The position numbers and the translations under genes are program-made. Positions 36,114 through 45,503 of a DNA stretch of 61,818 bases are shown piece after piece. The DNA comes from a virus (taxonomy: Duplodnaviria; Caudoviricetes). Location of the stretch: the IMG/VR virus record IMGVR_UViG_3300032516_000022, positions 1-61,818 of that record; one strand, 5' to 3'. Positions within the stretch are counted from its first letter, which is position 1, and every line of letters begins with the position of its first letter. The notes under the pieces were generated by a model. It saw only the letters and a program-made list of their open reading frames with translations, had not been told where the DNA came from and ran no database searches.

Positions 36114-36677
36114 ATGAGCGAACTACTCGGCAGAACGCAGAAACTCAAGGCGGAGCAGGAACGACTGGAACGCTTGATCCAGGAAGACACGATGGATGCG
36201 AATGTGGACAAGTTGTTGCAGGGCCAGAGTTTTGCCAATGGTGTGCTCATGCATATGGCCTCGACGAATGAGGCTCTGAAGCGGATTGACGAATCCATGG
36301 CCGATGTGAAGAGTGACATGCGCGACATGAAGGTAAATGGACTGCGGATATGTGCCGAACGCAAGGGCGAGATGGATCTCCTTAAAGCCAACGATGAGGC
36401 TCAACGGAAGCTAATCAATACGGCGATCAAAAGTAACAGCTCCGGTGATTGGCTCAAGATTGGGAACTGGAAAGCGGCTGGACTTCCGGCAATCATTTTG
36501 GCGATTTTCGTTGGTATTGCAGTATATCAGCACTGGGAAACTCAGTCCATAGCCAAGGAAGTCAACACCGTGAAGGAAGACACCGAGGTAATGATCCACA
36601 AGCAGGCGATTGCTATCGCGCAGAAAATCATTGCGGAGATCGAAGTCAACCGCGAGGAAATGAGGAGGCAGAAATGA
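36114..36677 (+). CDS. Coiled-coil single-TM protein (holin/spanin candidate)
   Basis: TM segment LPAIILAIFVGIAVY; position. Confidence 0.5.
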   Translation: MSELLGRTQKLKAEQERLERLIQEDTMDANVDKLLQGQSFANGVLMHMASTNEALKRIDESMADVKSDMRDMKVNGLRICAERKGEMDLLKANDEAQRKLINTAIKSNSSGDWLKIGNWKAAGLPAIILAIFVGIAVYQHWETQSIAKEVNTVKEDTEVMIHKQAIAIAQKIIAEIEVNREEMRRQK

Positions 36678-36874
36678 GCGAGTCAGCAATCGGAACCCTT
36701 GAAGAACGTCTGGCAAAACACCTTCAGCGACGTGATACTTTGACTAGACACTACTCCGAAGCACTGCGAGAGGAGAACTTGAACATCGAAAACATTCAAC
36801 GGGCAATTGCCCGGCACGTTGCTGCATTGCACAATTCCCATGTTGTCGAACCAGACGCGGCGGTGCTCCAATGA
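36674..36874 (+). CDS. Small coiled-coil protein
   Basis: ATGA-coupled on both sides. Confidence 0.5.
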   Translation: MSESAIGTLEERLAKHLQRRDTLTRHYSEALREENLNIENIQRAIARHVAALHNSHVVEPDAAVLQ

Positions 36875-37140
36875 GAATACTAATTGCATTGATCATTGCA
36901 TTGGTGATGTTGTTGCTCGTTATGCTTAGTGGGTGTTGTTCGGGTGGGGGAGAGGGACAGCCAGGACGGCCATCCGAAGGGTGGTCTGTCAGTCTGATCA
37001 ACATCACGGTACAGCTTGGGGGTACTCGGACGGATCCGACAATTCAGACCAAGAACGAGGTAGGACCGAATGCAATCCAGACACACATTTTACCAGTCGA
37101 TTCCGTTCAAAAGGCTGGGGCTACAAACGTAGGCTTGTAG
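36871..37140 (+). CDS. Lipoprotein (o-spanin candidate)
   Basis: Signal peptide with LSG-C lipobox. Confidence 0.6.
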   Translation: MRILIALIIALVMLLLVMLSGCCSGGGEGQPGRPSEGWSVSLINITVQLGGTRTDPTIQTKNEVGPNAIQTHILPVDSVQKAGATNVGL

Positions 37141-37240
37141 AAACGTCTAGGATTCGCTAGGAAGGCCGATCGTCCTAACCCTAGGAAAAGCCCTTAGTCT
37201 AGCTTTTGAAGGCCATATAGCGAAACGTCGAGTGTCTACG
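37141..37240 (+). repeat. Dispersed ~95-bp element, copy 4
   Basis: CTAGGATTCGCTAG at 37147 and TGAAGGCCATATAGCGAAACG at 37207. Confidence 0.9.
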
Positions 37241-37251
37241 GAGGTGTTAGT

Positions 37252-37710
37252 ATGCACAAGTTCGGTCAGTTTATCAACACAGCCCCTATCCATTGTGAAT
37301 GGCAGCGACAGAAGTCGTGGGGATTTTTATGGAAGGTTGATGAATGGGTCTACTACGCCAACGCAGAACGTCCTTTGACGTATATTGCACCCGACAAGAC
37401 GGAGATGCAACCCAACAAAAAGTTCAACACGGACTTTGGCAGCATTCCTCCACCTCTCATGGCCATGCCATCCCTGAGCCGGACCCGGTTCCTGCACTCC
37501 TACCTATTCCACGATTCGGGTTGCCGGCAAGGTGGATTGTATGTTCGGCCAGTCGGGTCAACAGGACCATTTGTATTCCAGCAGATAACCCGGGACCAGA
37601 TGGATACTTGGTTATGGACGTGGGTAGGAGCGCAGGGTGGAAATGCTTGGCAACGGATGAACATCTACGCGGGTGTTCGGATCGGGGCTCAGTTCGATTC
37701 ACGTGGGTGA
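37252..37710 (+). CDS. DUF1353-like protein
   Basis: FNTDFGSIP, FHD, IYAGVRIG. Confidence 0.75.
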   Translation: MHKFGQFINTAPIHCEWQRQKSWGFLWKVDEWVYYANAERPLTYIAPDKTEMQPNKKFNTDFGSIPPPLMAMPSLSRTRFLHSYLFHDSGCRQGGLYVRPVGSTGPFVFQQITRDQMDTWLWTWVGAQGGNAWQRMNIYAGVRIGAQFDSRG

Positions 37711-37895
37711 TCCCCGATGGTCTCGTCGTCGCTTTTGTTCAGTGCCCCGACTCGACAGCCGCACTGGTTGCACCCCACGTAGAACTCGCACCAGCCGCCC
37801 ATGTCGCCCTTGCGAACAAGGACGGCAAGGCCAAAGTCTGACACGTCATCCGATCCGCACAGGGGACACGGAAAAAGCCCAACAAGAGCATTCAT
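37689..37895 (-). CDS. Lar-like zinc-ribbon protein
   Basis: PCPLCGS...VGCNQCG. Confidence 0.5.
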   Translation of the reverse strand: MNALVGLFPCPLCGSDDVSDFGLAVLVRKGDMGGWCEFYVGCNQCGCRVGALNKSDDETIGDHPRESN

Positions 37896-37951
37896 GCTAC
37901 GTCACTCCGCTTTGCTCCGTGCCGAGCATGATGCTCGGCGTTCGGCCTCTG

Positions 37952-38155
37952 TCACCGCTTGCCGCTACTTGTTCGCCTTGGCGACACGACGATCAACCCG
38001 CGCCGCTTGAGTTGCTGCAACGCCGCAGTAACCCGCCGGCCAGCGAAGAAGTCAGCCGTATCGAGTTGCCAGGAAGGAACATCGTCGGGGGCGTAGGGGA
38101 TCGCCTTGAGAATGGCTTCCGCGTAGGAAGTCAATGGCCGAACCATGCGCTTCAA
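37952..38155 (-). CDS. Small winged-helix-like protein
   Basis: LTSYAEAILK...AALQQLKRRGLI. Confidence 0.45.
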   Translation of the reverse strand: MKRMVRPLTSYAEAILKAIPYAPDDVPSWQLDTADFFAGRRVTAALQQLKRRGLIVVSPRRTSSGKR

Positions 38156-38403
38156 GATACGCCTCCTTCGTCGGCGCTCAAGAGCGCCGCGTTGGCTGGC
38201 TTAAGCTTAATCTCGATGATCTCAATGACCTCGATCGTGCCGTCCAGTCGGAACAGTGCCTTGCATGTCGTCTCCGCACCGTCTAGGTCGACATCGACGT
38301 CAATGACGTATTGTGGCCTTCGGAATGTGCGGCGCAGCCAGCCAACAACAGAATCGAGGGCGACGAGAAAACCGCGCCATTTTGCCGTGGTTGGTACTTT
38401 CAT
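38152..38403 (-). CDS. Hypothetical protein
   Basis: GGAG RBS; coupled to the next ORF. Confidence 0.5.
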   Translation of the reverse strand: MKVPTTAKWRGFLVALDSVVGWLRRTFRRPQYVIDVDVDLDGAETTCKALFRLDGTIEVIEIIEIKLKPANAALLSADEGGVS

Positions 38404-38479
38404 GCGTTACTCCCGGCGCGGCTTCCACGCGCCTGATCTGTCACGTTCTCGCTCACTTCCACGCCCCCGGTTCCTTCGT

Positions 38480-38863
38480 CTAGGACTTGCTACACAATCT
38501 ACACATCCGGTGTGACGGGTATTCTCCAGACGGTCGGTATTCGAGCGTCATATCCAGGATGATTTCCCACTGGTGCCCGACTACGGCACACACGTCTCCG
38601 GACTTGACCAGAGTCAGGACGAGGTTCGTCATATCACCCTGCTCGCGAAGTTGCTTCACAGCCCCATCTACTGACAGGACAGATTGACAAAGACTGTTGG
38701 TTGTCCAATAAGACAAAATCAACTTGTTCGTAATCGGTTCTGCCACCATCGCAACCGGAGAGCCTTTCATCCCCGACAGGTCAACCGTAATCGAATCCTG
38801 CGCGAACACGACGATTGAGAACACGGCAATTATCAATACGATTATATAAATGCTCTTCTTCAT
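38480..38863 (-). CDS. Signal-peptide/membrane-anchored hypothetical protein
   Basis: MKKSIYIIVLIIAVFSIVVFA leader; C-terminal C...GH.W...CxxC. Confidence 0.6.
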   Translation of the reverse strand: MKKSIYIIVLIIAVFSIVVFAQDSITVDLSGMKGSPVAMVAEPITNKLILSYWTTNSLCQSVLSVDGAVKQLREQGDMTNLVLTLVKSGDVCAVVGHQWEIILDMTLEYRPSGEYPSHRMCRLCSKS

Positions 38864-38981
38864 GGTTTCCTTTCTCGCGGAGACTCGTGCTCCGTCTCCT
38901 TATTCACATTGCTTGCTACAGTACCAGCATTTTCCATCTACAATAAAGTGTCGGAGTCTTCCCGCCACACATCGGTCTTTC

Positions 38982-39650
38982 TTATTCTTGAAGGACCTCG
39001 TCTTTCTCTTTTTCAAGTCCTTCTGACTGATCATCCCTAACGATCTCAGAAATGCGATCTCTTCGTTTGCAGATGTAAATTGCATCACCATACCCCATCA
39101 ACTCCTCTTCGTGTGTAACAATTATCATTTGCAGACCCAGCTTGTTGCTGATGTCTCTCAGCATACCACCAATCTTTGCTTGCAGATCCCTCGAAACGAA
39201 CCGATACGGCTCATCTAGCACCAGCGTGTTTCGACTGGGCTTTTCGGCCAGCTTCCACATGCAGATGCGCAATGCAAAGCTGATCACGTCCACCACTCCA
39301 CCCCCAGCCGCATCGTAGGGGTCCACCTCCATTCCATTTCGTTCTACTAACAAGAGTGCTTCTGTCTTGCCTCGCTTCTCCTCAAAGCGAAGAACGAACT
39401 TGTACGGATCCGGGAACACAGCCTTCAGCGCCAGCGTAACCAAGGACGTAAGCTGAATGCAAAGTTCTTCCTGAGTTTGCTTGGCTATTACACTGGCAAG
39501 GGCTGATGCTTTGGCAATGTTCAGGGATCGCTTGTCCAACTTTTCTATCATTGTGGTCAACAAGTCGAGGGTTTCCACAGCCACGTGTCGCTTCCCCTCG
39601 AAAACATGGAAGCTGGCTTTGATCTGTTCCAGTGAAGGATTAGAAGTCAT
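38982..39650 (-). CDS. SbcC/Rad50 C-terminal ATPase half
   Basis: Signature AAGGG..DVISFALR, Walker B LVLDEP, H-loop IIVTHE; no Walker A. Confidence 0.85.
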   Translation of the reverse strand: MTSNPSLEQIKASFHVFEGKRHVAVETLDLLTTMIEKLDKRSLNIAKASALASVIAKQTQEELCIQLTSLVTLALKAVFPDPYKFVLRFEEKRGKTEALLLVERNGMEVDPYDAAGGGVVDVISFALRICMWKLAEKPSRNTLVLDEPYRFVSRDLQAKIGGMLRDISNKLGLQMIIVTHEEELMGYGDAIYICKRRDRISEIVRDDQSEGLEKEKDEVLQE

Positions 39651-39873
39651 ATTTCTCCTTCAACTGGTGCAGTGTTTTTTCAATAGCTGCATCGTGCGCC
39701 TGCAGTTTCCTCAGCAGGTCTTCGATGTATTTTGGAAGTTCGGCTGGAGTGAGTTTATACTTGATCCTGAGCTGCTTTTCCAAGTCTTCCAGAACACCCT
39801 GCTCCTTGGCGATGTTGGTCTTGGCTTCGTTGATTTGGTTTTTCAACTGAGTGAGTTCCATTGCTAGGTTCAT
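39640..39873 (-). CDS. Small coiled-coil protein
   Basis: Heptad-rich 77 aa directly upstream of the SbcC C-half. Confidence 0.6.
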   Translation of the reverse strand: MNLAMELTQLKNQINEAKTNIAKEQGVLEDLEKQLRIKYKLTPAELPKYIEDLLRKLQAHDAAIEKTLHQLKEKYDF

Positions 39874-40088
39874 TTTGGTTCCTTCTGTGTCGCGGTGGCT
39901 CCCTGGTAGTCTGCGATCGCCGTCTCGATCATCCCCCACAGTTGATTGTCCGAGTGCGTTCCATCCATGGCGTGACCCACAGTGGCCTTCACGGCGGCGA
40001 TACAGGCATCTGAAGCGGAAACCTTCCTCCGCAGTTCCGCCACCATGGTCTGTAGTTCGCGAATCGTTCCCTCGTCTTCCATGCTCAT
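39870..40088 (-). CDS. Hypothetical protein
   Basis: GGAGG upstream; coupled to the next ORF. Confidence 0.55.
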   Translation of the reverse strand: MSMEDEGTIRELQTMVAELRRKVSASDACIAAVKATVGHAMDGTHSDNQLWGMIETAIADYQGATATQKEPK

Positions 40089-40116
40089 ACCTTACCCCTC
40101 CTTTTCAGCATTTGAA

Positions 40117-41070
40117 TTACATAGTCTCTTCATGAATGGCTTCCCACATTACTTGTTTGAGCTCCTGATCATGCTCCTTCTTTTCCATTTCCATTTCCAA
40201 CCGCTTGACAAAAGACATCTTTCCATGCTTTTGATCAGCCACCCCTTCAATGAAGGCATTCAATGTTTTGTTTCTCTCTGCCTTGGCTTCAATGTGCTTA
40301 CGACTGACCACATCAGCTACAATAGGAATTGGGATTGACTTCAATCCTGAGTACCTGAAATACAGCCACGCCTTCGGTATGTATTTTTGTTGGTCGGCAG
40401 ACATTCGACACATGGACCCGGGGCTCAGCAAAACCCGATCATCTTTTGAGTACACAGTAAAGGGAATGTGGTTGTCTCCTACCACGGTCAGATCAAACGG
40501 AGGTAGTTGTCGTAGTCGTTGTACTGCGTCTGGAATCTTAACAGGTCCGTACGGGCAATCCTTGTACCATGTAGGGAAATGATAAACCCCAATGGTGGCT
40601 TGACTTGGCTTACTCACCACAACATTCGCTGTAGGCAACTCATCACCCCAGCTCCATCCATAGATAGCTAATCGATCTGTTTGAAAGCGAGCCCCTCCTG
40701 TCAAGACGTGTATCTCGCAGGCTTTTTCCAACACAGCCAATCCCGTCTTGCTCAGCAGATCAAGATTGTGCTGGGGCAGGTCGTGCTGACCGGCAACCAC
40801 CACAACAGGATATTCTTGCTTCAGACTGTTTATGATTATAATCACTTCCTTGAGTAGCAAGGGCGACGGCTTCCAATGATCGAAGACATCCCCGGCAATA
40901 ATCAATGGAGCCCCCGCTCGAACTAGATTTCCGCATCGAAGCAAGTTCACAGCCCATGATAGCTTCTTCAACTGGGTGGTGAAGTAATCATCGGTTCGGC
41001 AGGCAGACTGGTCATCCCGTAGGTGGGTGTCAGCCAATATCACGGCATCAGCAAGCTCAGTCTTTTTCAT
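40117..41070 (-). CDS. SbcD/Mre11-like nuclease
   Basis: ADTHL, AGDVFD, GQHD, GDNH, SPGS. Confidence 0.9.
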   Translation of the reverse strand: MKKTELADAVILADTHLRDDQSACRTDDYFTTQLKKLSWAVNLLRCGNLVRAGAPLIIAGDVFDHWKPSPLLLKEVIIIINSLKQEYPVVVVAGQHDLPQHNLDLLSKTGLAVLEKACEIHVLTGGARFQTDRLAIYGWSWGDELPTANVVVSKPSQATIGVYHFPTWYKDCPYGPVKIPDAVQRLRQLPPFDLTVVGDNHIPFTVYSKDDRVLLSPGSMCRMSADQQKYIPKAWLYFRYSGLKSIPIPIVADVVSRKHIEAKAERNKTLNAFIEGVADQKHGKMSFVKRLEMEMEKKEHDQELKQVMWEAIHEETM

Positions 41071-41996
41071 TTAGTCCTTCCTCCACACAATGGACACTGC
41101 TTTGGCATTTTGATCTTCCATTCCTTTTCCATTTCAATCAGTTCTGCCTTTTGAAGCTTGATGCTGCTTTGCAGATTATCAAAGGCCTTGGCCCTCTTGT
41201 TCAAGGCAGTGCACTTCAAGGCAAGTATGTCCCTCTCCTGCTGCTGTTCGTCAATGACGTCTACTTCCTTTTCAATGCTCTTCCACTTTTCCAATTTCGC
41301 GATTCGAGTTTTTTGCCGTTTGATCTGTTCTTGGATCTGCTCTAGTTCCTCCTTGTCGTATTGTAGTTCGTTCATTTCCTTAGACAGCTTTTCAACATGA
41401 CTGATGGATGCAGCAATGGAATCCATGGTTTCAGTCGAGGGGTACTTGGCCAAACGCTCTTTTGCCTCTTCAAGATTCTGAACGGCTTCCCGAAGGGCAC
41501 TGTCGTTCCTTCGTTTCATCTGACCAAAGTTCCCCAGCACCCGATCAATGTCTGCCAGTCCGGCCACTTCATTCAGCATCTTGGCCGCTTCTCCGGGAGA
41601 CAGTCCCAGCATGTAAGGAGCGTCAAGCTGGAACTGGAAGTTGATGGGGCGTAGCTCCAATGCCTTTTCCACTTCCTCAGGTACCCCAGTATTGACGGCG
41701 ACAAAAGAATCATCCTTCCCATGGGCATTGATAATCTTGTACTGATTGGCCTTTCCCCTTTGGCGAATGATCTTAGTCCCGTCTTCAAGTGTAATGGATG
41801 CCCGAGCAAAGTCCTGCCCATGGCGAATCATGCCATTGCCAATTGGCCGATTGCTCCAGATCCATTTCAAGGCTCGGATCACGGACGTTTTCCCACTGTC
41901 GCTCGGCCCGACAATGATGTTGACACCGGGGGACAGATCACGCAAGACCGTCCGTTTGTGGGCCTGATAGTTCCGTAGGCTAATAGTCCGTATCAT
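41067..41996 (-). CDS. SbcC/Rad50 N-terminal ATPase half ending in a zinc hook
   Basis: LRNYQAH, Walker A GPSDSGKT, coiled coil, terminal CPLCG. Confidence 0.9.
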   Translation of the reverse strand: MIRTISLRNYQAHKRTVLRDLSPGVNIIVGPSDSGKTSVIRALKWIWSNRPIGNGMIRHGQDFARASITLEDGTKIIRQRGKANQYKIINAHGKDDSFVAVNTGVPEEVEKALELRPINFQFQLDAPYMLGLSPGEAAKMLNEVAGLADIDRVLGNFGQMKRRNDSALREAVQNLEEAKERLAKYPSTETMDSIAASISHVEKLSKEMNELQYDKEELEQIQEQIKRQKTRIAKLEKWKSIEKEVDVIDEQQQERDILALKCTALNKRAKAFDNLQSSIKLQKAELIEMEKEWKIKMPKQCPLCGGRTK

Positions 41997-42017
41997 ACCT
42001 TCTCCTTATCCCTTCGT

Positions 42018-42116
42018 TAAACGCTCGAGGATTCGCTATATGCCCTTCAAAAGTCTATTCAAGCCCTTCTCCTAGGGCCGGGACGATCGGCCTTTATAGA
42101 CGATCCTAGAGCGTTT
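42018..42116 (-). repeat. Dispersed ~95-bp element, copy 5
   Basis: Minus strand AAACGCTCTAGGATCGTCTATA...TGAAGGGCATATAGCGAATCCTCGAGCGTTT. Confidence 0.9.
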
Positions 42117-42610
42117 GAAGAAAAGACTCGCCGACAATGTTCAGCAATGAGCAAGCCGTCTGCATCCTTGTGCTTTCGGATGCGATTGGCTCGGGAAGGC
42201 CACAGTCGGCAGCCAACCTCCATGGACGCCCGCTTAAGAGCAGCCGGTCCCTTTGTCCCTTGCGGTAGCAAATACGATTGCCATTCCCTACTGTCCACAT
42301 AGGTGTATGGCAGATGCAAAGTCTCCAAGGCGATAAGAGTCGCTTCCAAAGCACGAAGTGCTGACGCTGTGGCCATGAACCTCCCAGGATTAACCATAGG
42401 TCTTTCCAATAGGACCATCTGGATTGACTCTGGTCTGATTTTGAGAATCTGTTTCAAAGCCAGATAGTCAACACGACTGATGTTCTTTTTGGATTTCGTG
42501 TAATTCTGTTGCTTGATAATTGGGGTGGATAGGAACAAAACCCGACCCGTGCTGCCAATCATCCCAATGCTGCCCGAGATCCCATTATCGATGCCTACAA
42601 AGATACTCAT
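42059..42610 (-). CDS. RuvC-like Holliday junction resolvase
   Basis: FVGIDNG, LLERP, WQ, DADGLLIAE. Confidence 0.8.
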   Translation of the reverse strand: MSIFVGIDNGISGSIGMIGSTGRVLFLSTPIIKQQNYTKSKKNISRVDYLALKQILKIRPESIQMVLLERPMVNPGRFMATASALRALEATLIALETLHLPYTYVDSREWQSYLLPQGTKGPAALKRASMEVGCRLWPSRANRIRKHKDADGLLIAEHCRRVFSSNALGSSIKADRPGPRRRA

Positions 42611-42876
42611 GGCTTCCTCCCAATCATGCAACAGGCTTTGAATTTCTTTCCACTTCCACAAGGACATCTTGTGTTGCAGCTGAGCCAAGTCAAGTGCCGG
42701 CGAATCATCAAAAACTTGATCTTGTCTGGAATTAAATCCGGGTGAATGGGTCGGATCAACCGAAGAACCTCTTTGTGAATGGGTCGGATCAACCGAAGAA
42801 CCTCTTTAGATGATAGCATCCCGTTTGCTGCTGGAACAATATCCCCTATCTTTAGATTTTCCATGCTGTCCTCCAT
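42607..42876 (-). CDS. SEC-C motif protein
   Basis: NTRCPCGSGKKFKACC; exact 33-bp tandem duplication at 42742-42807. Confidence 0.75.
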   Translation of the reverse strand: MEDSMENLKIGDIVPAANGMLSSKEVLRLIRPIHKEVLRLIRPIHPDLIPDKIKFLMIRRHLTWLSCNTRCPCGSGKKFKACCMIGRKP

Positions 42877-43754
42877 TCCGCTAGTTTATCTTCCGCCATG
42901 AACGACTTCATTCCGTACTTCTTACATAGCTTGATAAACGCAGGTTCGTTGAATGTGTTTCGAGCGTGAAGGTTTTTCGGCTCCCTTGTCTTTGGAAAGG
43001 GCAGCTTGACCAGTATCCAATTCCGATCGTAGGCATCCTTCTCCCCTTCTTTGATCAGACGCTCAGCTCGACTTCCCCATGTCAGAACCTTTTTCAAGTA
43101 CTTGGTGGCATAAACAAAGCCGACTCCCTTGATCCCTTTCACATTATCACTCTGGCAGCCCATCAAGCACTTCAACTTGGCCCACTGATCGGGACTGGTG
43201 TACTTCTCTTCCCGTAGGCGGGCGGGCGTCCACATGATCTTCTTAGTGGGATTGTACATCTTCACGTTGGCAGCCAGCAGTTGAAAAAGATCCTCGTCTG
43301 CTGAGACGATGACAAAGCTACCCATTCGCCCCTGAACGATAGCTGCAATAAGATCATCTGCCTCACAACCCTTTTGAACATGGTTCTGTACTAGCCCGAT
43401 AGCTGGCAGGATTTCCTTCCGTAGCAGCGTAAAGATTTTCTTGGCCTTGACTTTAGCTGCCAGCTCGGCTTTGGAAATCTTAGCATGCCGATGTTCCTTG
43501 TATGACGGCAGGAGCACCTTTCGGTAGGAGTGCCGACTATCCCAGCAAAAGTGGATGTCGCTGGTGTTGAACTGAGTGGCCAAGTGTAGGACTCGGGAGA
43601 GGAAGCCGAATATGATGCCCGTGTCGAGACCGTCGAATGACAGTTCCCGCATAGTGTACCATGCCTGATAGCATAGGTAGCTGCAGTCGAGGACTAGAGT
43701 AGTGTCGTTGCGGACATTTTCATGTCTTGTGGAGTAGTTTCTCATATTCCTCAA
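42852..43754 (-). CDS. 5'-3' exonuclease / flap endonuclease
   Basis: LVLD, CWD, YKEHR, EADD, SADEDL, SDNVKGIKGVG. Confidence 0.9.
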   Translation of the reverse strand: MRNMRNYSTRHENVRNDTTLVLDCSYLCYQAWYTMRELSFDGLDTGIIFGFLSRVLHLATQFNTSDIHFCWDSRHSYRKVLLPSYKEHRHAKISKAELAAKVKAKKIFTLLRKEILPAIGLVQNHVQKGCEADDLIAAIVQGRMGSFVIVSADEDLFQLLAANVKMYNPTKKIMWTPARLREEKYTSPDQWAKLKCLMGCQSDNVKGIKGVGFVYATKYLKKVLTWGSRAERLIKEGEKDAYDRNWILVKLPFPKTREPKNLHARNTFNEPAFIKLCKKYGMKSFMAEDKLAEWRTAWKI

Positions 43755-43992
43755 TTCGCTCCTCAGCTTGCTTCAATTCAGCTTGTGCCCGACGACCAAG
43801 AGCAATGCTTTCTGCATGTTCTCGTATCAAGGTTTCCTTTTCCTGCATGATTTCTGTGATCTTGTCAGCCAGCTCTTCGTTGCGTTTGTGAATGTCAATG
43901 AGAGCCTGATCGGTGTGTTTATTTGCGTCTTTCAATTTCTGCACGGCAAGATCAATCATGACAAAGGCGTTTGTTTGTTCTATGTTAAGCAT
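43720..43992 (-). CDS. Coiled-coil hypothetical protein
   Basis: ORF within the operon. Confidence 0.55.
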   Translation of the reverse strand: MLNIEQTNAFVMIDLAVQKLKDANKHTDQALIDIHKRNEELADKITEIMQEKETLIREHAESIALGRRAQAELKQAEERIEEYEKLLHKT

Positions 43993-45061
43993 AGCGTGCT
44001 CTCCTGTTAAGTTTCAGTTTGTCTTCCATTGCCTTCCAGCACTTGCCAGTTTCTTCTCTCAGGTTCTTTTCCTTTCCTTCCTTTTCCAAGGTTTCAATCA
44101 GACGTTCTCGAAACATTGGCTTGCTGAGTAGACTGGTCTTGATTTTGCTACCGACTTTTTTCATCCACTGCTGTTCAATCAAGTAGTTGACGCAGGAAGC
44201 GGTATCGTCAATTCCCATATCATAGTAGATAGGAAAATCCACCGTTCGGATCTTGCCGGTGAGCTTGCTCTTGGTAGACTTGGCCCGGCACATGATCCCG
44301 ATGGTCTGTTCCAGCTTCTTGATCTTGCCGGCCACGGCAGTCCATAGGATATGGGAAGCGTAGAATTCCAAGGCTCTTCCCCCACTCCGCGTCTTAGGGG
44401 TAAAGGACATTGGATTGATGTTGTCCCGAGTCTGGCTAATGATAATCAGCATGCTGTCAGAGTCCCTTAGCTTGCGCACAATCTGCCGAAGCATCTCTGA
44501 CATGGCCTTAGGCTTGGCCATTCCATAGGACCCCTTGGGCTTGGTGCCCTTCTCATACGCCTTGACCTTTTCTTCCATCCGCGACTCTTCGTCGTCAGAT
44601 GTCAGGGCATCTAGCGAGTCTAGGATGTAGATGAACGGCTTCCCCTTCTTCAGATAGGAATGGATGGACAGTTGAAACTCTTCCACAGTGGAGGACCCCC
44701 TTGGATCTTCCTTGGTTCCCCTAGGAGGGGCAACCCGGTCAGCTGTAGTCTGTCCAAACAACTTGGCCACGTCATGCTCACAGGCCGCTTCCACATCATC
44801 GTACACTAGCACGTGATTATCAAAACGCTTCCGATGAGCTGCTTCGGCAAGAATAGACCATGCCAACGTCGTCTTACCTGAGGAGCTGTCCCCGATGATG
44901 TTGATAATCTTCCCCAGTCCGAATCCCCCAAAGGGACGATCGCTGACTGCCAGATTGAGCAGAGTGCTTCCGGTGGAGAGGCACTTGATTCTTGGTTCCT
45001 TGGGAGGGGTGCGGTCTCGGGTCTTCATCTGCTCGGCAATGGAGGCATGCTTGGTTCTCAT
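43985..45061 (-). CDS. RecA/UvsX-like recombinase
   Basis: STGSTLLN, GDSSSGKT, ILDSL, ISQTR, SGGRALEFYAS. Confidence 0.92.
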   Translation of the reverse strand: MRTKHASIAEQMKTRDRTPPKEPRIKCLSTGSTLLNLAVSDRPFGGFGLGKIINIIGDSSSGKTTLAWSILAEAAHRKRFDNHVLVYDDVEAACEHDVAKLFGQTTADRVAPPRGTKEDPRGSSTVEEFQLSIHSYLKKGKPFIYILDSLDALTSDDEESRMEEKVKAYEKGTKPKGSYGMAKPKAMSEMLRQIVRKLRDSDSMLIIISQTRDNINPMSFTPKTRSGGRALEFYASHILWTAVAGKIKKLEQTIGIMCRAKSTKSKLTGKIRTVDFPIYYDMGIDDTASCVNYLIEQQWMKKVGSKIKTSLLSKPMFRERLIETLEKEGKEKNLREETGKCWKAMEDKLKLNRRARYA

Positions 45062-45264
45062 GTTTGTTTTCCCTTCAACCGTACTTCCAATACTTGTACA
45101 TTTGGCCCTGCCCACTTTTTGGCTTCCTCCTCAGTCTTGAAGATCGGACAAGCCCCAGTCATTCCAGGAGCAATGCATAATGGCAGTCTGCGATCTCCGA
45201 AGGACGTGGTAAGATCAACGTGCTGTAATACGGACATCACCAGCCATCCAGTCCATTTATTCAT
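45058..45264 (-). CDS. Hypothetical protein
   Basis: ATGA-coupled on both sides. Confidence 0.5.
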   Translation of the reverse strand: MNKWTGWLVMSVLQHVDLTTSFGDRRLPLCIAPGMTGACPIFKTEEEAKKWAGPNVQVLEVRLKGKQT

Positions 45265-45503
45265 CCCAATTCCTCCACCATGGCATCGGCTATCTGAACA
45301 CATAGCTTGACAATCTTCTCGACGGGCAGCCGACCAATTTCAGGCTGAAACAGCATTCCTACACTGGCTAGACATTGCCCGGCATAGTACTGTCGAAGAG
45401 TCATGCCACCGGTCTGTATTATTGGCATAAGATGGCCGTCGATACTCTTCATCTGCGTTTCAAAGAATGGGTGGATCTTTGGACTATTATCAACAACGCT
45501 CAT
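45261..45503 (-). CDS. Conserved phage protein (GMTLR.Y.A motif)
   Basis: GGMTLRQYYAGQCL...IADAM. Confidence 0.65.
   Translation of the reverse strand: MSVVDNSPKIHPFFETQMKSIDGHLMPIIQTGGMTLRQYYAGQCLASVGMLFQPEIGRLPVEKIVKLCVQIADAMVEELG

Noticed and set aside
37673-38515. 280-aa plus-strand ORF
   Set aside because: It overlaps several coupled minus-strand genes and has an R/S/P-rich shadow composition.
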